Positions 29,917 through 38,685 of a DNA stretch of 64,000 nucleotides are shown piece by piece. Below the pieces are notes generated by a model. It had not been told where the DNA came from and did no database searches. It saw only the letters and a program-made list of their open reading frames with translations. Position 1 is the stretch's first letter, and the number at the start of each line of letters is the position of its first letter. The DNA comes from an uncultured virus (IMG/VR IMGVR_UViG_3300047181_000007) (lineage: Duplodnaviria; Heunggongvirae; Uroviricota; Caudoviricetes): the IMG/VR virus record IMGVR_UViG_3300047181_000007, one strand, 5' to 3'. The translations under genes and the position numbers were made by a program.

Positions 29917-30676
29917 GAAATCTGGAATAGCCTGGACGGATGCAACCTTCAATCCTTGGTGGGGCTGCACAAAACTTAGTGAAGCCTGTGCTCATTGCTA
30001 TGCTGAGCGTGACTCTAAGCGCTTTGGTGGTGACTATTGGGGCAAAGATGCACCCCGTAGATTCTTTGGCAAACACCATTGGGACCAAGTATATGATTGG
30101 GACAATAAAGCAAGAAAGACTGGCTGTCTTACACGTGTGTTTTCTGGCTCCATGTGCGACATCTTTGAGGATAGACCAGACCTCAAGGAACCACGTATGC
30201 AGTTATGGGAACTGATCGAGCGTACCGAAAATCTAATATGGCTTCTACTTACCAAGCGACCAGAGAACATTATCAATATGATACCTTTCGATTGGAAATG
30301 GCACGCTATACCTATTCATGTATGGTTTGGTACAACTGTAGAGAACCAGCATCATGTAGATAGACTGATAGATATAGCTGCACTGAAAACCTGGACGGAT
30401 AATATATTTGTATCCGTTGAGCCTATGCTTGGTCAGGTAGACTTTGGTGAGTGGTGGTATGTTCCTAAATGGGTAATCGTGGGTGGCGAGTCTGGAACTG
30501 GTGCCAGAGAGATGAAACGTGGATGGATAGAGCATCTCAAGCGTATATGTAGAGAGAAGGAAATCCCATTCTTTCTGAAACAGCTTGGTGGCTTTCCAGA
30601 TCGGCGCTGCGATATGTCTAAATGGGATGCAGACCTAAGAATACAAGAACTTCCTAAAGAAATGATTGGAGGCTAG
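29909..30676 (+). CDS. DUF5131 (phage Gp37/Gp68) protein
   Basis: IAWTDATFNPWWGCTKLS.AC.HCYAE, SMCDIF, LLTKRP, SVEPML, WVIVGGESG, FFLKQLGG. Confidence 0.93.
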   Translation: MGEKSGIAWTDATFNPWWGCTKLSEACAHCYAERDSKRFGGDYWGKDAPRRFFGKHHWDQVYDWDNKARKTGCLTRVFSGSMCDIFEDRPDLKEPRMQLWELIERTENLIWLLLTKRPENIINMIPFDWKWHAIPIHVWFGTTVENQHHVDRLIDIAALKTWTDNIFVSVEPMLGQVDFGEWWYVPKWVIVGGESGTGAREMKRGWIEHLKRICREKEIPFFLKQLGGFPDRRCDMSKWDADLRIQELPKEMIGG

Positions 30677-32219
30677 AATGCCATGGTGGTTGATACTCGG
30701 CATTGGATGTTTCATAGGGCTAGTTGTTGGAGGCATATTGGGGATGCTCATAGCTAGTTGGTGCTTTGCCTCGTATAAGGATGATGAGAAGCATGGTCGG
30801 CAAGAGTGGCAGCAGCACAATTACAACGACTGGAGAGAAAACGAATAGGAGAATATATGGACAAAGAATTAGTTGAGTTTATTAGTAAGCACATAGATGT
30901 AAGCGAGGTGGAGAATTGGGATGACCCTGAAACTATCCTGAAATTGGGGGTAAAAGCCAAGCTGATAGCATCATATTCAATATCACAGGGAGTTGCGGAG
31001 GTTCTATGGATACCCGAAATACTGAGGCGCTACCTGGCGATGGAAGTACCACTAGTGGTACTGAAGGCGATAGCTCAACGGATACCAGCAGCTCCAGAGA
31101 GCGTCAAGCCCAAGCCATCTTCAAGAAAATCGGCTACTGCCCTTGGTGCGGAAGCGAAATCTCCCCCCAAGGAATAGACTTTCAGATGGAGTTCGTTGAA
31201 TGGAATAACTGTAAGACCTACTTGTGTTATGGCAGCCATAGAGATATAATCACTGACATCTATGGTTTTATTATTGAACCTCGCCAGTTTAGGAGTAAGT
31301 ACCTAGGGGCGAGAAGACTCAGGAATGTATAGGAGATGATATATGCCAAGTTATGATGCACCATCTGTCGCAAGTAACAGAGATATACCTCAAGTAATGG
31401 ACAAACTTCAGGGAGCAATTGAGAATCAAGAAAAGCTCATCGAGGAACTGAGCCAGAGAGTTGCTCCACTACTAGCACAGCCAAGTGCAGCTACTCCTGC
31501 CGAGACAGAGAAAGCAATGCAGTCTCAGTTTGGGACCAGGGTCAATGATCTGGCTGTAAGAGTGCAATCTGCCAATAAGCAATTGCGTCTTCTAATCGAA
31601 TCTATTCAAATATAGGGAGCATAAATGATACATGAAAATGCATCTCCATTGGCTGGCAAGACAGTCAAAATCAAGAAGGATGTATTTCATCCACAGTACC
31701 CAACCTTTGGTGGTTCAGATTTTATAGTCGAGGACTGGTGGGACAGAGTAGGTAGAAGTTCTTGGATGGACAATCCAGGTAATCCAGCCTGCTTTATTTA
31801 TGGTTTACGCCGTGTAGCACAACCCATGCCTTTTCCTCCACCCGATGATGAAGTGCTATATGGCAAAGTAGGTTTATTCGGTAGCTTGGTTCATATTTCA
31901 GAAATTGAAGGAGATGCAAATGGATAAAGGCTTTGGAAAGATCACCAAGGGCTATCGTGAGGGAGAAGTAGTTCTCTTTCGCAAGAACATGCCCAACAAT
32001 AAGGCTGAGTTAGCAATTGAATTGATTGCTAAATGGGGTCTTGTTTCAGCAAAGGATGATGGGGAAGATACCGCTGGTCGTCATAAACTAACTCTCATGC
32101 CAGTAAGCGAAGTTGTGGAGAGAGCTATTGAAATGGCAGACCAAGCTATTACCGAGATGGAAAAGCGGGGATGGTTTATCAACCTACCCGAACCAGACAA
32201 TTTAGCAATAGGAGAGTAA
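30666..32219 (+). other. Small hypothetical CDS (about 30678-30848 TM, 30857-31177, 31343-31615, 31625-31927, 31920-32219)
   Basis: Co-oriented ORFs with RBS. Confidence 0.6.
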
Positions 32220-32221
32220 AC

Positions 32222-32449
32222 ATGAAACATACGATGCGTGTAATGGGTCCAGAAGGCGATCTCAAGCAAATATGGGACGCCGATAACGCCGAAGAGGTCA
32301 AGGCTGCTCAGGATGCCTATGATCGTCTTATCAAGAAAGGCTATAAAGCCTTTGCGGTCAAGAAAAGTGGCGACAAAGGTGAGCTGATTACCAAGTTCGA
32401 CCCTGAGCTTGAGAAGATCATCATGGTGCCACCTATCTCAGGGGGCTAA
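32222..32449 (+). CDS. Small ubiquitin/MoaD-like protein ending in GG (copy 2)
   Basis: GD...WD......A...YD.L.KKGY.AF...FDP..EKIIMVPPISGG; AGGAG RBS. Confidence 0.7.
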   Translation: MKHTMRVMGPEGDLKQIWDADNAEEVKAAQDAYDRLIKKGYKAFAVKKSGDKGELITKFDPELEKIIMVPPISGG

Positions 32450-33100
32450 ATGGCAGACTATTACGGATACGCCACTAATAGCACAGCCACAAGCGCCACA
32501 ACTTATGGCAGTAATGCATGGACGTATTGGGCTGGTGATACTACTGGTGGCTCTGCTACAGGCAACGTCTGGATACAGTGGCAACCAGTAGGTGTAGTTC
32601 CTGTCGTCAGTAATGGACAGATGCTTACTACTGAGTATCATGTCGAGCTTGGTTCACAGCATCTACCAGCTTATGAGGTTCCTGTCCAGACTCCAGAAGA
32701 GATACAAGCTGCTGCTGAAGCTATGGCTGTTCGTGCAGCTGAAGCTCTACGCCAACAACAAGAAGCAGAACGCAGGCAACTAGAAGAAACCCGCAAGCGC
32801 AATGAGGCACAAAAGAAAGCCAATGATCTTCTACTGTCTCTCTTGGATAAAGGTCAAAAGGAAGAATACACAAAGAATCGTTGCATCACTATCTATCGTG
32901 GCACAAAGCCAAAGTGGAAACTGCTAAAGGAGCGCAGTTACAACGTTCTGGAATACGATGATAATGGTACATTGATTACTAAGCATTGTGTACAGACTCC
33001 AACTACGCCATTGGAGGACCAACTTGCAGCTCAGTATCTCTATCTACACGATTGCCCTGAGGAACTAATTAGAGTAGCGAACCATCAGAACATGCACTAA
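32450..33100 (+). CDS. Partner of the GG-ending protein (copy 2)
   Basis: KANDLL..L...HCV.....PLEDQLAAQ.L.L...EELIRVAN. Confidence 0.75.
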   Translation: MADYYGYATNSTATSATTYGSNAWTYWAGDTTGGSATGNVWIQWQPVGVVPVVSNGQMLTTEYHVELGSQHLPAYEVPVQTPEEIQAAAEAMAVRAAEALRQQQEAERRQLEETRKRNEAQKKANDLLLSLLDKGQKEEYTKNRCITIYRGTKPKWKLLKERSYNVLEYDDNGTLITKHCVQTPTTPLEDQLAAQYLYLHDCPEELIRVANHQNMH

Positions 33101-33110
33101 TAGCACGAAT

Positions 33111-33183
33111 ACCCCTATAGCTCAATGGATAGAGCGAAGGCTTTCTAAGCCTAGGGTTGTGGGTTCGAGTCCCACTAGGGGTG
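33111..33183 (+). tRNA. tRNA-Arg(TCT)
   Basis: Acceptor ACCCCTA/TAGGGGT, D arm GCTC/GAGC, anticodon loop TTTCTAA, T arm GTGGG-TTCGAGT-CCCAC; CCA is not encoded directly after the discriminator. Confidence 0.93.
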
Positions 33184-33231
33184 TTCCATCTAATGGACAT
33201 CGTACTACACGGTACAATAACTGTACAAACA

Positions 33232-33240
33232 TGGTATAAT
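33232..33240 (+). promoter_or_regulatory. Extended -10 promoter TGGTATAAT
   Basis: Precedes a two-hairpin element; no + strand ORF follows. Confidence 0.55.
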
Positions 33241-33243
33241 AAA

Positions 33244-33322
33244 TAGACACCAATGCCCTCCCTCATTAGTGTCTAAAGCCCTGGAACACCCTAGCTCAAC
33301 TCCCTAGGGTGTTTCTTTATCT
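33244..33322 (+). ncRNA. Candidate sRNA: hairpin with CCCTCCCT loop plus terminator hairpin
   Basis: TAGACACCAATG/CATTAGTGTCTA stem and GGAACACCCTAG/CTAGGGTGTTTC stem followed by a T-rich tract. Confidence 0.55.
33283..33322. terminator. Intrinsic terminator where the two genome arms converge
   Basis: 12-bp stem followed by TTTATCTT. Confidence 0.75.
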
Positions 33323-33754
33323 TTATGGTCCTCCAATGATCTTGGAGAAGAATGTCCAGAGTGAAAGGTTTGCTGGAATGACCGAGTGAATGAAGAGAAA
33401 GAAAGCTACTGCTGCCAGTAGCAACTCCTTCCAGTGCTTCACTATCCACTTCTGCGGTACTTGCTCCTGTAGTGACTTTACTAAAGTCACTTGGTCTGTG
33501 ATGAGAGACTGAAGCGTGGTGATACCCTGCATATTAGTAGTAGCTATTGTTTGCAGTTTAGTAATATTGCAGACATTCGTGTTAGTAATATCAAGTAGTC
33601 GCTCAATCTGCATAGCCAATTTCTCTTGGTCAACAATAAGACCGTCCTTACCATTCCCATAGAGTTTGACTTTTATCTCACTTACATCAACGCCAAGATT
33701 GTCAATCTTAGTCTCAACTCTAGCCAGTAATACGGATGTCCTTTCTTCTGTCAT
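33323..33754 (-). CDS. Coiled-coil + C-terminal TM protein (XhlA/holin-associated type)
   Basis: LYGNGKDGL, C-terminal hydrophobic segment; lysis-module position. Confidence 0.6.
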   Translation of the reverse strand: MTEERTSVLLARVETKIDNLGVDVSEIKVKLYGNGKDGLIVDQEKLAMQIERLLDITNTNVCNITKLQTIATTNMQGITTLQSLITDQVTLVKSLQEQVPQKWIVKHWKELLLAAVAFFLFIHSVIPANLSLWTFFSKIIGGP

Positions 33755-33837
33755 AGATACCTCGCTTGAACGTAAAGTAGGCTTCCTTGATTCAGGAAGT
33801 CTCCATAGGACATCTACATATCTAATATACTAACTTG

Positions 33838-34221
33838 CTACTGTGGTTTATCAGCAATCGGCATAGCGCCGATTCCGATTCTGTTCAGTGGCTTCTGTAG
33901 CACACCCATATCTGCAAGACTGCCTAAAATAGAGGCTAGTATCTTCAAGAATACGGTACCGTAGACTACATCAATTCCAATAAGAGTAGCGCCAGTAGGG
34001 ACAAGACCACTTGGGATTGTGGCTAGAAGAACAATGCCTACCCAACCGAATATCGGCAGTACGTCACTGTTCAGGTAGTTTGCCAGATACTCCCACTTGA
34101 AGTTCTTGTTGACGACAAGTGCAATGACAACACCAAAGACAATATCAATGACGGTTAGCAAGGCTAGGACCAGCAGCCTTCCATCCAGAGCAGCCCATAA
34201 AGCAACAAAATACTCGTTCAT
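33838..34221 (-). CDS. Holin-like multi-TM protein
   Basis: Three hydrophobic segments, D...GV..A, ILASILGSL..MGV. Confidence 0.65.
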   Translation of the reverse strand: MNEYFVALWAALDGRLLVLALLTVIDIVFGVVIALVVNKNFKWEYLANYLNSDVLPIFGWVGIVLLATIPSGLVPTGATLIGIDVVYGTVFLKILASILGSLADMGVLQKPLNRIGIGAMPIADKPQ

Positions 34222-34319
34222 TTCATTTCTCCTTCATAGTTACGTTGATATACAGAGCACGAAAGTAAGCAAGTGCCTGTTTTGTGGTCTTGTAGGTCTT
34301 TAGTACGACCCACTTGCCA

Positions 34320-34625
34320 TTACGGTTTACTTGAACCTGTCTCTTGTTCTTCGGGTTCAGACGGTACGGCATCTTTCTCTTCCTTTGAAGCCTTTATAGT
34401 GTGAGGTACTGGCTCTTCGGGCTTGTTGTATACCTCAACGGCATCAGCAGGTACACGAGCTTGTATACCAAACGAACCCCAAGGACAGGGGTCAGTGATA
34501 GGCAGTAACTCTCCACCAGGCACAACCATGATGAACTGGTCTTCAACTACATGCCCGATCTCTTCACCTTGAGGACCATAGACAGGGCTGTACTTTACAA
34601 CACGCATTCTTTTGGATTTTGCCAT
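34320..34625 (-). CDS. Hypothetical protein
   Basis: MAKSKRMRVV... Confidence 0.6.
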   Translation of the reverse strand: MAKSKRMRVVKYSPVYGPQGEEIGHVVEDQFIMVVPGGELLPITDPCPWGSFGIQARVPADAVEVYNKPEEPVPHTIKASKEEKDAVPSEPEEQETGSSKP

Positions 34626-34626
34626 G

Positions 34627-34845
34627 TTATTTCTTCTTTCCATGATGCCATTTCTTGGCATTGCGAGCAAAGTTAGCTCTCTTCTTCTGGAGAGGGCTAG
34701 CATTAGGGTCGGCTAATACAGCAGCTGCTTGAGCCTGTACAGACTTGCCAGCTTTCTTAGCAGACTTGGTGAATTTACCCTTGTTCTTGGGATTGATGTG
34801 GATGCCACTCTTGCCCACGGGCTTTCGTTTCTTAGTCTTAGCCAT
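34627..34845 (-). CDS. Small basic protein
   Basis: IHINPKNKGKFT...KRANFARNAKKW; GGAGG RBS. Confidence 0.7.
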   Translation of the reverse strand: MAKTKKRKPVGKSGIHINPKNKGKFTKSAKKAGKSVQAQAAAVLADPNASPLQKKRANFARNAKKWHHGKKK

Positions 34846-34846
34846 G

Positions 34847-35827
34847 TTACCCTCCACGGGTGAGCTTGCCTGAAATCCAACCTTCTACCTTATACCAGCC
34901 ATTTGCTTCTCTAGTCACAGAGACATCATCGTTCATAGCAAGTGTACCAAGATCGGTACTGTTCGCTTGAGGAAGTGAACGCATATTGAGTGCGCCTGTA
35001 TTGATGATTACATGCTTGATGGGGACTATAGGGTCAATAGGAGCAGGAGGCGGGGGTGGTGGAGTTGGTGGCAAAGTCACCTTGAATAGTTGATTGAATA
35101 GGTCTGCATTTCCATGAAACTTATCTAGGTCCATGTCCTTATCGCCATCTGCCCCGCTACCATATTTCTTGCCAAGCCCATTACCATCTGCACTGTACTG
35201 CCAGAATAGCCAATCTACCCACCCATGGGGGATCATGGGTACAGGTGCGGTTGTCCAGTTCGCATCCCATAGCTTGTTGATGCACTGCCAACTGGATAGA
35301 ATATTGGCATTCCACCAACCAGCGCTAGTGTAGATCATGGCTGCTACACCAGTTTGAGCTGCCCACTCTTGAAGCAGATTGGATACCCAGGTGGTGGTGG
35401 CTGCTGGTGGGAGCGAGGAATATTCCAAGTCCATCACGGGTGGCAGGACACCACCGCCTTCTAACCATTTTCTTTTGAACGTTGCTACATGAGTTTTATA
35501 GTTCAGTCCAGGCTTGCAGTACCAGTATAAGCCGTAGATCATTGGAGTGAGTACAATGCCATTGCGGTAAATATCTACCTTTGTATCTACCCCTGTATCC
35601 CCCCATCCTGCCCTAATGAAAGCAAAGATTGCTAATTCCTTAGTGATGTTCCAGTCCATTGTGCCGTTCCATGCAGAGACATCTATCCCGTAGACATATT
35701 CTGTCTCCACTGCGGGTAGTGTCAGTGCAAATGTCTTATCATGGCGTAGAGGAGCACCACATTGGGTACACAAAGCATTCTTACTATCATTGTCAGTATT
35801 ACAGTGATTACATTTTATCCATGACAT
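34847..35827 (-). CDS. Endolysin: N-terminal Zn ribbon, GH25 muramidase, SH3b domain
   Basis: GIDVSAWNG, FAFIRA, PPVMDLE, IYTS..WW, LWDA.W, WQYS, DMDLD; LNMRS.P...GWYKV.GWISG; own TGGTATAAT at 35850-35858. Confidence 0.92.
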   Translation of the reverse strand: MSWIKCNHCNTDNDSKNALCTQCGAPLRHDKTFALTLPAVETEYVYGIDVSAWNGTMDWNITKELAIFAFIRAGWGDTGVDTKVDIYRNGIVLTPMIYGLYWYCKPGLNYKTHVATFKRKWLEGGGVLPPVMDLEYSSLPPAATTTWVSNLLQEWAAQTGVAAMIYTSAGWWNANILSSWQCINKLWDANWTTAPVPMIPHGWVDWLFWQYSADGNGLGKKYGSGADGDKDMDLDKFHGNADLFNQLFKVTLPPTPPPPPPAPIDPIVPIKHVIINTGALNMRSLPQANSTDLGTLAMNDDVSVTREANGWYKVEGWISGKLTRGG

Positions 35828-35863
35828 TTGGAACATCCTCCGTATGACTATTATACCATTGGC

Positions 35864-36445
35864 TTACACCAAGGTGAGTGCTATACCAAAATCGAAATCA
35901 GTCTTCATTCCAATTGACTCTGGCTGAGCACTGATTGCAATGAAGAAAGTATGGTAGGTAGCACCTGATTGAGTATGAAGGGCTAGACCATTAGCTGACC
36001 CACCGATGTAAAGCGATGAGTCATTTATCATATCCCACTCTGTGGCACCGACATTAGCTTCCACAGCATAACAGTGAACACCAAAGGCTGGTGTGCCTTC
36101 ACTAATACTCGATCTGAAACTATAGAAGGCGCCAGCAGTTACCTGATAGGATGTTGTACTATGATATTCAATAGCAATAGTGCAGTACGAAGTCTGTAAA
36201 TTGGTGTTATTGATTGTGTAGGTTGTTCCACCATTATGCGAGAACTCTGTATCGGACACATACGCCACATTTTGAGCCTGATCGACTTCATCGCCTGGGT
36301 CATCAGTACCAAGAAATGTGCCAGCATTATACTCATCTACATTGATTGCGGCGTTGATGTTTGAGCTGCTTCCAGAGAAGACAATGGTAGCATCCTCAAC
36401 ATCTACCAGCTCTGTACCAGATATAATAAACCAGTTGTAAGCCAT
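35864..36445 (-). CDS. Virion structural protein (tail-associated)
   Basis: Beta-rich, acidic; tail-module position. Confidence 0.6.
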   Translation of the reverse strand: MAYNWFIISGTELVDVEDATIVFSGSSSNINAAINVDEYNAGTFLGTDDPGDEVDQAQNVAYVSDTEFSHNGGTTYTINNTNLQTSYCTIAIEYHSTTSYQVTAGAFYSFRSSISEGTPAFGVHCYAVEANVGATEWDMINDSSLYIGGSANGLALHTQSGATYHTFFIAISAQPESIGMKTDFDFGIALTLV

Positions 36446-36457
36446 GTTGTTATCTCC

Positions 36458-38188
36458 TTACGTGACCAAATAATATTGAACACCAGCGGTATTATTGAAA
36501 GCAAGCATCAGCATGTTTCCTAAATGGAGTATCTGAACATATCCAGTTACTGTTAGTGGGATGTAGAAATCATAGATCACTTCGCCACTTGAATCAACAG
36601 CCATTAGATGCTGTGTATCCCAATACCAAATAAGAGGACCACTTGTACCATCTCCATCGTCTAGGGTTTGGCATACATTTTGGGTACTTCGATTCGCAAA
36701 TGGAAAGTCATACGAGAATAGCATATCTAGCGTAGATGCATCGTAGACATCTCCATCGTACCAATACCATGATGTGCTTCTTCCTTGAAATATATGAATA
36801 TCTGTGTTTGTTGTGGGATAGGATGAGAACCTCAGCCAACTATCGTGAATATCAGGCTCATATTCCCATAGCTGTGCAGCAAAGTCTGTTATTGTTCCAT
36901 ACGGAGCATTGCTAAAATAGTTAGAACTATTAGGACCAAAATACCAATTCAAATCAGCTGTACTACCCTGGTCGTATTCCCACCCAACACTAAGTTCAGA
37001 GGTATCGGTGTTCCAGTTCCAAACCCTACGTGTATAACTTTCGTCTGGTACATCATAGGGAATGCCAAACATCGTGTTTGCTATTATCCACTGACCAGCC
37101 ACAATATAGTGTGACCAGGCAAAGTGTATAGGTGGAAAGTATCCCCATGTGGAAGCGACTTCCTCTATATATCTTTCAAAGGCACTGCCGCTACTAGAGT
37201 AGACAACTATGGAACTGGCGTAGCGCCACCCTTCAGGGTCTTCGCTCCAATAATGAATGTAAAATGTAGCAAATGCTACGACCTGACCATTTACTGCTGC
37301 TACACTAAATAAGTGTTCTTCGCCAATATCTATATTCCCAACAGGAACTGTAAGAACTGCTTCGCAGTCACCATTGGTAAAGTCCACTCTATAAATAGTA
37401 TTATTTGTTGTTGAGCTCTCGCCTGCCATTCCAGTATCAAGAGCTACTATTACACGTTCATCGGCAAGGCACAAAGTAACTTGTGCTCCTATACATTCTC
37501 CAAGGGCTATGGCTGATTCGGCTGTGGTTAGAGTGTTGTATTCGATTATATAAGTACCAGCATAAATTCTTCTAACCATGTAAATGTAATTCCCATGGTG
37601 AATAACAGTACAGGTCTTTGCAGAGCTGCCAGTGGATGAGCTGATTAGTGTGGCAATTCCATTTATACCTGTGGCATTCTTTGCGGCACCATCTTCAAGT
37701 GCACAAATATCGCCGTACACTAAATCGCTTACGATGGGATATTGACAACCAGTTTCAATACCTGGACCTACAATGACACCAACAATTACAGCGGGATGTG
37801 TATGACCACCTTTGCCTCTATCGTATGCAGGATGAATTTTGCCACCAGTGCCACGAGTATAAGCTGAATTTACTTTGGGATTTCTGCCCCTTAGGAAGCC
37901 TTTTAGCCACATTGTGCCCTTCCCTTGTACAAACGCTCGAAAGGTATGTCCTCCTTTGCCAGTTAGATATGCAAGAGCCTGTCTTGTATTTCTAAATGTG
38001 ACATGAGCATAAGTTCCAACCTTCTTGACATACCATCTAAAGCTATCAGGAGGAATACCATCATCGGTGATCGTGACACGAGCTTTACCATCTACTATAG
38101 ATACATCAACACCCTTAGTATCGTCATCGTCTATATAGATGCGAGCCTTATTGTTACTCCAGCTGATGCGAAATCCACGAAAGGACAT
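36458..38188 (-). CDS. Tail fibre / receptor-binding protein
   Basis: N-terminal AYxxGKGG repeats, aromatic beta-rich C-terminal region. Confidence 0.6.
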   Translation of the reverse strand: MSFRGFRISWSNNKARIYIDDDDTKGVDVSIVDGKARVTITDDGIPPDSFRWYVKKVGTYAHVTFRNTRQALAYLTGKGGHTFRAFVQGKGTMWLKGFLRGRNPKVNSAYTRGTGGKIHPAYDRGKGGHTHPAVIVGVIVGPGIETGCQYPIVSDLVYGDICALEDGAAKNATGINGIATLISSSTGSSAKTCTVIHHGNYIYMVRRIYAGTYIIEYNTLTTAESAIALGECIGAQVTLCLADERVIVALDTGMAGESSTTNNTIYRVDFTNGDCEAVLTVPVGNIDIGEEHLFSVAAVNGQVVAFATFYIHYWSEDPEGWRYASSIVVYSSSGSAFERYIEEVASTWGYFPPIHFAWSHYIVAGQWIIANTMFGIPYDVPDESYTRRVWNWNTDTSELSVGWEYDQGSTADLNWYFGPNSSNYFSNAPYGTITDFAAQLWEYEPDIHDSWLRFSSYPTTNTDIHIFQGRSTSWYWYDGDVYDASTLDMLFSYDFPFANRSTQNVCQTLDDGDGTSGPLIWYWDTQHLMAVDSSGEVIYDFYIPLTVTGYVQILHLGNMLMLAFNNTAGVQYYLVT

Positions 38189-38685
38189 TATGTATCCCAA
38201 AAGTCAATACCGTTTACCTCACCAACTTCAATTCCATTGTGAAGCACTTTGAATGAAAGTGTCACAAGAGAAGCATCACGAGGTGGATCGCCACCATTAT
38301 CATCAGTGGCATGTACCATGAGTCCCTCAAAGTTCAGGTTTGCACGTTGAGTAAGAGGAGAGCCTTCATCCTGAATAATATGCCCACCACCTGTAGCATC
38401 CGACTGTGGATTGATTTTATAGGGTGTAGGGTTACTAGGCATCTGAGTGACTGTGGTGGTAGTCTGTTGTGAATTAGCAAGGACAGTGGGTGGGACAGTA
38501 CTGGTATCTGCACTGACTTGCTGTCCTACTACAACTGGACCGCCTGTTACCCTAAGATTATGGTAGATAGTCCCATTACTTAGCAGACGAATGCTTGCTC
38601 TGCCAAAGAGAACATCAGTGACTGTCGCTGGAATAAGTGCTCCAGTCTTTACGGTCTTACGAATGTCTCTACTAAGCTGGCTCAT
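38188..38685 (-). CDS. Tail tip / spike-like protein
   Basis: OB-like N-terminus; IQDEG..LTQRANLNF.G tail motif. Confidence 0.6.
   Translation of the reverse strand: MSQLSRDIRKTVKTGALIPATVTDVLFGRASIRLLSNGTIYHNLRVTGGPVVVGQQVSADTSTVPPTVLANSQQTTTTVTQMPSNPTPYKINPQSDATGGGHIIQDEGSPLTQRANLNFEGLMVHATDDNGGDPPRDASLVTLSFKVLHNGIEVGEVNGIDFWDT

Noticed and set aside
33111..33198. tRNA as a prophage att site or host boundary
   Set aside because: Phage genes lie on both sides, with no integrase and no duplicated tRNA 3' end in the window
36458..38188. Diversity-generating retroelement target
   Set aside because: No reverse transcriptase and no TR/VR repeat pair seen
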